From Atopobacter sp. AH10 (GTDB taxonomy: Bacteria > Bacillota > Bacilli > Lactobacillales > Aerococcaceae), in contig NZ_QXPZ01000012.1 in the NCBI RefSeq assembly GCF_003664595.1, positions 11,274 to 35,273 of the forward strand: a stretch of DNA of 24,000 nt. Reading direction: 5' to 3'. Below, piece after piece: positions 17,322 to 24,000 of this stretch (its first letter is position 1; every line of letters begins with the position of its first letter). The notes below the pieces were generated by a model. That model worked only from the letters and a program-made list of their open reading frames with translations, was not told the origin of the DNA and ran no database searches. The position numbers were made by a program, and so were the translations under genes.

Positions 17322-18989
17322 ATGGATGGTTTAATGTTATATCATTTAATAAAAGAGATGGCTCCCCTATTACAAGGTGGGAGAATCAGTAAAATCCACC
17401 AACCTCTTACACATCAAATTCAATTAACCATTCGGGCTCAACGGAAAAATCATGTGCTTTTAATTTCTGCTGACCCGACTTATCAACGCATACACCTTTC
17501 ACAAGATCAATTGGATAATCCAACAAGTCCGCCTAATTTTTGCCTTGTCCTACGAAAACATCTAGAAGGAGGCATTTTAGAGCAAATTAAGCAAGTTGGC
17601 ACGGATCGCTGGGTCAAGTTAATGATTAGTCATCGTGACGAATTAGGCGATAGAAGTGAATATACCCTTATTGTTGAATTAATGGGACGTTATAGTAATA
17701 TCATCCTCCTGAATAAGGATGACAAAATCCTCGCTGCTTCTAGGTATGTAGATGAAAGCCAAAATCGTTATAGAGCAATTGAGATTGGGGAGGACTACAT
17801 TGCCCCTCCTTCTTCAAAAAAACGACAAGTCTCTGCTTTAACTGCTAGAGAATTGGACAGTATTTACCAACTAAATCAACCGATGAGCGACCCTTGTCAA
17901 TGGTTGATGGATACTTTCGAGGGAATCAGCCGAAATACCGCCAATGAAATTCTTGCTATAGCTAAAGAAGAAGGCCTTAATCCTGCCATCGCTTTAAAAA
18001 AATATCGTGATCAAGAGCTACACCCAGTTGTTTACCAAATGAAAAACCGCTTTATTCCGCAAGCTTTTACTTATATTACTTTAGGCGATCCTTTTAAACA
18101 TTTTGCTAGCTTAAGTGAAGCTTATGAATGGTCAATGCGCAAACAAATGCAAGAAAATTTCATCCGTCAATCTGCAGGACAAATCCTCCAAGTTTTGACT
18201 AATCATCTTAGTCGCAGTCAGCGTAAACTAGAAAAACTTGTAAGGGATCTAAAAGAGACTGAAGGCCTAAAAGAAGACCAACTTAAAGGAGAATTGTTAA
18301 CAGCCAATATTTATTCTATCTCCAAGGGGCAAAGTGAAGTTTCCGTGACGAATTATTACGACAATAATCAGTTGATGACTATCCCAATAGATCCTCTATT
18401 GAGTCCAGCAGACAATGCTCAGCGTTACTTCAAGCGTTACCAAAAGAGAAAATCAGCTCGTTTGCATCTTGATCGTGAAATTTCAAAGGCCAAAGAAGAA
18501 TGCCAGTATTTAGAAACGGTTCTTGAACAAATTCATGTAAGTGATTTGGCTACTCTTCTTGAAATTAGGGACGAATTGGAAAAAGAAGGCTACATAAAAA
18601 GGTCAGCCAAAAAGAAGAAAGTCCGTCTGCCTAAATCGATGCCACTAAAGTACAGATCTCCTTCAGGTCAGGAGGTTTTAGTGGGCCGAAATAATCGACA
18701 AAATGACCAACTTACCTTCCGTATTGCCCGAAAGGATTATTGGTGGTTCCATGTGAAAGATATGCCTGGATCTCATGTTGTCCTCATGGCTAAGGAGGCT
18801 AGCGAAGAGGATATTCTCTTTTGTTGTCAATTAGCTGCATATTATTCTAAAGCACGCTATTCTAACCATGTTCCTGTTGATTATCTTAAAATCAAAGGAC
18901 TCAACAAGCCAGTTGGAGGGCGATTAGGTTTTGTTACTTATCACCAGTCCAAAAATCTTTCTGTTAGTCCTATCGATCATAGGGAATAG
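17322..18989 (+). CDS. rqcH: NFACT family protein (RqcH/Rqc2 homologue, fibronectin-binding protein-like)
   Basis: MDGLMLYHLIKEMAPLLQGGRISKIHQP, FCLVLRKHLEGG, GRYSNIILLNKDDKILAASRYV, C-terminal NFACT-R-like SGQEVLVGRNNRQNDQLTFRIARKDYWWFHVKDMPGSHVVL and VDYLKIKGLNKPVGG. ATG at 17322 is better spaced from AGGAAAGGA than the ATG at 17313. Confidence 0.92.
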   Translation: MDGLMLYHLIKEMAPLLQGGRISKIHQPLTHQIQLTIRAQRKNHVLLISADPTYQRIHLSQDQLDNPTSPPNFCLVLRKHLEGGILEQIKQVGTDRWVKLMISHRDELGDRSEYTLIVELMGRYSNIILLNKDDKILAASRYVDESQNRYRAIEIGEDYIAPPSSKKRQVSALTARELDSIYQLNQPMSDPCQWLMDTFEGISRNTANEILAIAKEEGLNPAIALKKYRDQELHPVVYQMKNRFIPQAFTYITLGDPFKHFASLSEAYEWSMRKQMQENFIRQSAGQILQVLTNHLSRSQRKLEKLVRDLKETEGLKEDQLKGELLTANIYSISKGQSEVSVTNYYDNNQLMTIPIDPLLSPADNAQRYFKRYQKRKSARLHLDREISKAKEECQYLETVLEQIHVSDLATLLEIRDELEKEGYIKRSAKKKKVRLPKSMPLKYRSPSGQEVLVGRNNRQNDQLTFRIARKDYWWFHVKDMPGSHVVLMAKEASEEDILFCCQLAAYYSKARYSNHVPVDYLKIKGLNKPVGGRLGFVTYHQSKNLSVSPIDHRE

Positions 18990-19077
18990 GCATAAGTAGT
19001 TACTATAATTGAGACGATCTTTCTTTTAACCTGTAAAGCTAATAAGATCCAATATAAGCATGACATTCGTATGAATT

Positions 19078-19120
19078 AAAAGAGAGCAAAAACACTTCTG
19101 CTAGTGTTCTTGCTCTCTTT
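19078..19120. terminator. Bidirectional terminator between convergent rqcH and pyrR
   Basis: AAAGAGAGCAAaAACACT-N6-AGTGTTcTTGCTCTCTTT. Confidence 0.8.
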
Positions 19121-19173
19121 ATTCTTGCTAAAAAATATTCTATTTGTGCCTTTTAGCTTTAGAGAAAGAATCT

Positions 19174-19716
19174 TTAGTTTTCGTCTGGACGCTCAAGGTA
19201 GACACAGTCTTTCCCATCTCGCTCCTTAAGATGAACCGTTACTTTTTCACTTTGAGCTGTAGGAATATTTTTCCCGATAAAGTCAGGTCGAATAGGTAAT
19301 TCTCTATGCCCACGATCGATTAAAGTGGCTAAGTGAATGCGTTTTGGGCGTCCATAGTCCATCACAGCATCCATAGCAGCTCGAATGGTTCGACCAGTAT
19401 ATAAAACGTCATCGACCAAGACGATCACACGATCTGTTATCCATTTTTGATCAGCTTGGCTAAAGACGACTTCATCCTGTATTTTTTCAATCAAATCATC
19501 TCGATAAGAATGAATATCTAAACTTAACATAGGGACTTTTTTTCCCTCGATTTGTTCTAGACGGTCAGCTAAACGTTTAGCAATATCTTCGCCACGAGAT
19601 CTAATTCCAATGAGAGTCACACTATCTACTCCATTATTTTTTTCCAAAATTTCATAGGCAATCCTTGTCAAAGAACGGCGAATACTAGCTTCATCCATTA
19701 ACTGTAGTGGCTTCAT
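19174..19716 (-). CDS. pyrR: Bifunctional pyr operon regulator / uracil phosphoribosyltransferase PyrR
   Basis: DEASIRRSLTRIAYEILEKN, VTLIGIRSRGEDIAKRLA, LDIHSYRDDL, PRPP-binding VILVDDVLYTGRTIRAAMDA-type motif (VIVLVDDVLYTGRTIRAAMDA), LIDRGHRELPIRPDFIGKNIPT. Confidence 0.96.
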   Translation of the reverse strand: MKPLQLMDEASIRRSLTRIAYEILEKNNGVDSVTLIGIRSRGEDIAKRLADRLEQIEGKKVPMLSLDIHSYRDDLIEKIQDEVVFSQADQKWITDRVIVLVDDVLYTGRTIRAAMDAVMDYGRPKRIHLATLIDRGHRELPIRPDFIGKNIPTAQSEKVTVHLKERDGKDCVYLERPDEN

Positions 19717-20618
19717 CGGTCATCTCTCCTTAATTGGTTCAAATAGTGGCTGATATCTTCTGGTAAATCTCTTTCAAAGTCCATCCATTCTCCTGTTACC
19801 GGATGGGCAAAAGCAAGTCGGTAAGCGTGTAGAGCCTGCCCTTTCCTCAGATTAGGAATAATCTTTAAAGATCCATACATAGGGTCGTTTAAGACTGGGT
19901 GATTTATAAAAGCCATATGCACCCTTATTTGATGAGTTCTTCCAGTTTCTAGAACGCACTTAACTAAGCTAGCGTTTTTAAAACGTTCTAGGACTGTAAA
20001 GTGTGTCTTGGCTTCTTGGCCTTCTTTATCTGCCACACGCTTTAATCGATTAGTGGAAGATCGGCGGATGGCAGCATCAATTTGTCCTTCTTCCTCTTCT
20101 ATAATACCAGAGACTAAGGCCAAATAGTACCTGTGAACTTCTCTTGCCTTTATTTGCGCAATCAGCTTGTCGTAAGCTAAATCACTTTTAGCTATGACCA
20201 TTAAGCCACTTGTGTCCTTGTCTAAGCGGTGAACAATTCCTGGACGAAAGTCTTCTCCATGATGAGACAAGGGAATTTGTAAGCCCAATAAAGCATTGAC
20301 TAATGTTCCAGAAGAATGCCCTTTTGAAGGATGTACGACCATTCCAGCTGCTTTATTAACGACTAAAATATCATTGTCTTCATAAACAATATCGAGAGGA
20401 ATAGACTCTGCTTTTAAAACAAGTCCTTCTTCCTCTTTTATAGTCCAGTTAATCTCGTCCCCTTCTTCTAAAAGATATTTACTTGGAAGATTTTTCCCAT
20501 TGACAGTAATAAGATTTTCTTTTATCGCACGTTGGATAGCTGACCGAGATTTTGAAGGCTCTTGTCGGCTTAACCATTTATCTAATCGGTCTAGTGGCGG
20601 ATAGGCAATCCACTTCAT
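19713..20618 (-). CDS. RluA/RluD family pseudouridine synthase
   Basis: S4-like N-terminus RLDKWLSRQEPSKSRSAIQRAIKENLITVNGK and catalytic motif GIVHRLDKDTSGLMVIAKSD; ETGRTHQIRVHMAFINHPVLND. Confidence 0.95.
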   Translation of the reverse strand: MKWIAYPPLDRLDKWLSRQEPSKSRSAIQRAIKENLITVNGKNLPSKYLLEEGDEINWTIKEEEGLVLKAESIPLDIVYEDNDILVVNKAAGMVVHPSKGHSSGTLVNALLGLQIPLSHHGEDFRPGIVHRLDKDTSGLMVIAKSDLAYDKLIAQIKAREVHRYYLALVSGIIEEEEGQIDAAIRRSSTNRLKRVADKEGQEAKTHFTVLERFKNASLVKCVLETGRTHQIRVHMAFINHPVLNDPMYGSLKIIPNLRKGQALHAYRLAFAHPVTGEWMDFERDLPEDISHYLNQLRRDDR

Positions 20619-21079
20619 TAAAGCATAGCCCCCTTCTCTTTTTGCTTATCTAGATAAAGATAGGCTAGTAATAAAATCACTACTCCTAATGAAATAAAAC
20701 AATCTGCAAGATTAAAAATTGGGAAGTTTATAAAATCAAAATCAAACATATCGACAACGTAACCCAAACGAAAACGATCCAAGCCATTCCCTAATGCACC
20801 AGAAAGAACCAAGGCATAGCCAGTAGCTAAAGCTTTAGAACGATGAATTTCTTGCCTCATCAGATGGATAATAAAGCAAGAAGCTAACAAGGTAATAAGC
20901 AATAAGAAAATCCTAGAATGACTGAATACGCCCCAAGCTGCACCAAAATTTCGAATATGGTGAAGGGAAACAATTCCGGGTAAAAAATGCTGACTTTCAC
21001 CAAGTTTGAGATGCGACACCGTCCAAAATTTCATAGCTTGATCAAGCAGTAAAGCTGTTATAACTAATATTATATACAT
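20618..21079 (-). CDS. lspA: Lipoprotein signal peptidase (signal peptidase II)
   Basis: LLLDQAMKFWTVSHL, HIRNFGAAWGVF, ALVLSGALGNGLDRFRLGYVVDMFDFDFINFPIFNLADCFISLGVV with the conserved catalytic Asp motifs. Confidence 0.95.
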   Translation of the reverse strand: MYIILVITALLLDQAMKFWTVSHLKLGESQHFLPGIVSLHHIRNFGAAWGVFSHSRIFLLLITLLASCFIIHLMRQEIHRSKALATGYALVLSGALGNGLDRFRLGYVVDMFDFDFINFPIFNLADCFISLGVVILLLAYLYLDKQKEKGAML

Positions 21080-21167
21080 AATGATAATCTCCCTAAATGT
21101 TACTTATGTTACAAGCATATCACTGTTTGTTCTCAATATCATTGTATTTTACTGGTCTGTTAAGCAT

Positions 21168-21199
21168 TTGACCTCTAAATGTGCTAAAAATAATATAAT
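21168..21199 (+). promoter_or_regulatory. Putative promoter of the YkyA-like lipoprotein gene (TTGACC ... TAATATAAT)
   Basis: TTGACC (21168-21173) with N17 to TAATAT (21191-21196), or N20 to TATAAT (21194-21199). Confidence 0.6.
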
Positions 21200-21239
21200 G
21201 GCAAAAGCTTTTAAACAAAATGTAAAGCGAGGGAATAGA

Positions 21240-21872
21240 ATGAAAAGACTTCAAAAAGTCCTTTTACTTTTTCTCGGCCTGTTTCTTCTATGTGCTTGTG
21301 GCAGTCGTGAGACTGATACGGCAAAAGCTCTAGAACAATTTGAAACAGCAACACATGACATGGATACTGATTTCCAAACCATTATTAAACTTGAGAAAAA
21401 AGTTCAAAAGGACTGGGAATCGACTATTAGTTTAGACGACTCCATGCAGCAATTCAAGAAAAAAAATGGACCAATTTTTGAGAATTTAAACAAACGTCAG
21501 CTAGCCATTAAACAACTAAAAAAACAGGACAAACTGTTTCGGTTAGCCGATCGCAAGTTAGCCACAATTGAAACACCACGGACGAAGGGGACGTCTGTAG
21601 AAGATATTAAAGGCCTAAGACTAAAAATTCAACGCATTCATAAGGAATACAGCTTATTTTCTAATGCTTATACGGATCAATTAGACGCTGAACTCAACTT
21701 TTACACCTCTCTATCCCACAATGACATGAATTTTAAAACATTCAATCAAAGTATGGTTAAGGTGAATAAGAAGGCGGATAAATCGCTATCCCACTTGAAG
21801 AAATTACAAAAAGATATGCGGAAACTTTCTAATCCCCTACGACGGTTACACGATTTGTTAGTGGCGAATTAG
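21240..21872 (+). CDS. YkyA-like putative cell-wall-binding lipoprotein
   Basis: From ATG 21240 the protein begins MKRLQKVLLLFLGLFLLCACGSRETD (lipobox LCAC) and is then mostly helical and charged. RBS AGCGAGGG. Confidence 0.8.
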   Translation: MKRLQKVLLLFLGLFLLCACGSRETDTAKALEQFETATHDMDTDFQTIIKLEKKVQKDWESTISLDDSMQQFKKKNGPIFENLNKRQLAIKQLKKQDKLFRLADRKLATIETPRTKGTSVEDIKGLRLKIQRIHKEYSLFSNAYTDQLDAELNFYTSLSHNDMNFKTFNQSMVKVNKKADKSLSHLKKLQKDMRKLSNPLRRLHDLLVAN

Positions 21873-21960
21873 CAAGACCAACTTTTGCCAAGCCCTAACA
21901 GTTGATTTGATAGTGTCATCGAAGATCATTCACTTTTATAGGAATAGGAGGCAGTGACGA

Positions 21961-23163
21961 ATGAAACGCTTAAGCTCTAAGATAGGGTTTGGGTTAGCCT
22001 TATTCATGCTAGCATTCTTAAGTACTAACTCAATGACTTTAGCGGATCACAAAAGTCAAGAGGATAAGGGTTATCGTGAGGAAAATCTTCTACGAACGCC
22101 AAAAAACTTACCTCAACAATTTTTCTATCAAACAGGAATCAATATTCCTTATCCTAAAAGCGGTGTGAAAGGAATTTATGCTCCGACTCGTTTCTACGAC
22201 CGGAAAACGCAAAAAAAACTTTACAAGCTTTTGGATACTACTCCACTCAATGCAATCGTTCTAGATGTTAAGGATGATACAGGATTTATTACAATGCCTT
22301 TAAAGGGGTTAAGTAAAAAGGCTAAAAAGAATATGGAAGTTCATATCAAACATCCTCAGAAAATGATGAAGGAGTTTGAAAAGCATCAAATATATCCCAT
22401 CGCTAGAATTGTTGTCTTTAAAGATACTCTGTTAGCTAGACAACGCCCTGATCTGTCCTTTATCGATCAAACTGGTGAATTATGGACTTCAGGCAATGGT
22501 GATAGCTTTGTTAGTCCATTTAAAAAAGAAATTTGGGACTATAATGTGAATATTGCTATTGCAGCAGCAAAACTGGGCTTTAAGGAAATTCAGTTTGACT
22601 ATGTACGTTTTCCGGAAGGTTTTGAGACCTTCGCGGATAGTTTGCAATTTAAAATGGGCAAATATGCAAATTACAAGGACGATATACAAGCTCGTGTTCA
22701 AGCTGTTTCAGATTTTGTGGCCTATGCGCATAAAAAACTTCAGCCTTATGGGGTAAAAGTCGGAGTCGACATTTTCGGATATGCGGCTACTATCCCAGAA
22801 GCACCAGGTATCGGTCAAAACTTTTCCAAAATATCTTCTCATGTGGATGTCATTTCTTCAATGATCTATCCAAGTCACTGGGGAATGTCCTATTTTGGGA
22901 TTTACCAACCTGACTTACATCCTTATGATGTAGTAGCCTCTTACATGGAAATTGAAAAACAAGTTCTATCCAAGTTAAAAGATCGACCAATTTCAAGACC
23001 ATGGTTACAAAACTTTACGGCTTCATATCTTGGGCCTGGTAATTATTTAGAATATGGACCAGAAGAAGTAAGTGCTCAGATTCAAGCGGTTAAAGAATCA
23101 GGCGTTAAGGAATACCTATTATGGGATGTTAATAATTCCTACTTTAAAAAGACGGATTATTAG
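21961..23163 (+). CDS. DUF4015-type putative glycoside hydrolase, secreted
   Basis: Signal peptide MKRLSSKIGFGLALFMLAFLSTNSMTLA; GIYAPTRFYDRKTQKKLYKLLDTTPLNAIVLDVKDDTGFI, IYPIARIVVFKDTLLARQRPDLSF, LGFKEIQFDYVRFPEG, VDVISSMIYPSHW. Confidence 0.88.
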   Translation: MKRLSSKIGFGLALFMLAFLSTNSMTLADHKSQEDKGYREENLLRTPKNLPQQFFYQTGINIPYPKSGVKGIYAPTRFYDRKTQKKLYKLLDTTPLNAIVLDVKDDTGFITMPLKGLSKKAKKNMEVHIKHPQKMMKEFEKHQIYPIARIVVFKDTLLARQRPDLSFIDQTGELWTSGNGDSFVSPFKKEIWDYNVNIAIAAAKLGFKEIQFDYVRFPEGFETFADSLQFKMGKYANYKDDIQARVQAVSDFVAYAHKKLQPYGVKVGVDIFGYAATIPEAPGIGQNFSKISSHVDVISSMIYPSHWGMSYFGIYQPDLHPYDVVASYMEIEKQVLSKLKDRPISRPWLQNFTASYLGPGNYLEYGPEEVSAQIQAVKESGVKEYLLWDVNNSYFKKTDY

Positions 23164-23184
23164 AGCAGATTCTATGTTTTAACC

Positions 23185-23217
23185 ACAGCACTAGTCTTTT
23201 GGACTGGTGCTGTTTTT
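23185..23217 (+). terminator. Rho-independent terminator of the DUF4015-type gene
   Basis: ACAGCACTAGTC-N5-GACTGGTGCTGT followed by TTTT; the arms differ at one position. Confidence 0.9.
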
Positions 23218-23341
23218 CCTTATCTAAGGAAATCCTTTAAATTGAAGATTCACGGGAGATAAATTTCAAGTTTCTTTCTAAACAAATTTTCTCTTACAAT
23301 TTCAAGCCAATAATTTTTCCTGACTTTGGCACTTTTAAAAT

Positions 23342-23390
23342 ACAAAAAGCCTCCAAAAGTTGATTAAATCAACTTTTAGGAGGTTTTTTT
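23342..23390. terminator. Strong terminator, T-tract on both strands, with no gene close on either side inside the host sequence
   Basis: CCTCC AAAAGTTGAT TAA ATCAACTTTT A GGAGG TTTTTTT. The minus strand ends GGAGGCTTTTTG. Confidence 0.85.
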
Positions 23391-23399
23391 AATTTTGAC

Positions 23400-24000
23400 T
23401 GTATTTGGTAAACTAAAAATCAGCCAAGTGGCAATTAAAAATTCAGCCACTTATTAGTATACGACCACTGAAAGGATGGAATTAGAGGTGTTAACAGTGA
23501 ACCAAATTTATGATATACGATTGATACACGACATGGAAGGGAAAAGTATCAGAAGCATTGCCAGGGAGACTGGTTTCGATCGCACCACAATTAGTAAATA
23601 TGTCAATCAGGAAGATTTTGATCCTGATGTTCCGATTAAACAGAAGCGAAGTCGCAAAACAGATCCCTATCGAGCACTTGTTAAACAATGGCTCCTAGAC
23701 GATTTTAAAGCCCCCAGGAAGCAAAGACATACCGCTCAAAGAGTCTATGATCGACTCCTTGAACTCCACAAAAAAGGAGATTTGGTCTTAAAGGCTTCAC
23801 CTAGGACCATTCGCTCTTTAGTGGCTGAATTAAGAGAAGAGGTCAAACAGGAGACAGTCGTCTACTTGCCTTTAGATCATCCAACAGGCGAGGCTCAGAT
23901 TGACTTTGGTGAACTTTCCTTTTATGAAAAAGGGGTTTTATATCAAGGTTACTTGTTTGCGATGACCTTCCCCTATTCCGACGCGAAATTCGTTCAAATC
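23400..24000 (+). mobile_element. IS21-family insertion sequence, left end and 5' part (continues beyond window)
   Basis: IstA-like ORF preceded by a repeated end: TAAAAATCAGCCAAGTG (23414-23430) and TAAAAATTCAGCCACTT (23436-23452), with AAGTGGC/GCCACTT inverted. The boundary is approximate. Confidence 0.75.
23488..24000 (+). CDS. istA: IS21 family transposase IstA, N-terminal part, truncated by window edge
   Basis: Read directly from the + strand: (GTG)LTVNQIYDIRLIHDMEGKSIRSIARETGFDRTTISKYVNQEDF... HTAQRVYDRLLELH ... LDHPTGEAQIDFGELSFYEKG. The six-frame track omits it. Confidence 0.9.
   Translation, partial: MLTVNQIYDIRLIHDMEGKSIRSIARETGFDRTTISKYVNQEDFDPDVPIKQKRSRKTDPYRALVKQWLLDDFKAPRKQRHTAQRVYDRLLELHKKGDLVLKASPRTIRSLVAELREEVKQETVVYLPLDHPTGEAQIDFGELSFYEKGVLYQGYLFAMTFPYSDAKFVQI

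Noticed and set aside
22489-22756. ORFs 22489-22701 (-) and 22553-22756 (+)
   Set aside because: Out-of-frame or antisense to the DUF4015-type gene, which has clear family motifs.
23491-23688. 65-aa minus-strand ORF in the IS
   Set aside because: Antisense to the istA reading frame that I could translate with recognisable IS21 motifs.
1-24000. CRISPR array, tRNA, toxin-antitoxin pair or defence island
   Set aside because: No regularly spaced repeats, clover-leaf gene, or compact two-gene toxin-antitoxin signature was seen. The content is mostly housekeeping genes plus one IS edge.

Overview
The window is about 24 kb of low-GC Bacillota chromosome. Gene content suggests Lactobacillales, possibly Aerococcaceae, but that is an inference. 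Most of it is compact housekeeping sequence: a C-terminal fragment of nnrD, an LPXTG surface protein, an amidase, a YbaK-type deacylase, fchA-fhs, a DUF554 membrane protein, an M42 peptidase, an S/T/K-rich lipoprotein, guaC, two tandem YitT-family proteins, coaBC, an NrdH-like redoxin, a membrane-anchored SNase, a thioredoxin-fold protein, an NFACT/RqcH protein, lspA-rluD-like-pyrR, a YkyA-like lipoprotein and a DUF4015-type protein. The 5' end of an IS21-family element runs off the right edge. I found no CRISPR array, tRNA/rRNA gene, prophage, toxin-antitoxin pair or recognisable defence system, and no strong case for an undescribed multi-gene system. The most checkable oddities are: a perfect TTGACA-N17-TATAAT promoter upstream of fchA-fhs with a 14-bp palindrome overlapping it; a thioredoxin-fold protein whose WCxxC is WADVC; an LPXTG protein with a long charged tail after its membrane segment; mutually exclusive hairpins upstream of the M42 peptidase; a pyrR apparently without downstream pyr genes; and an orphan bidirectional terminator next to an IS21-family end. 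Several ORF-track starts look too far upstream.
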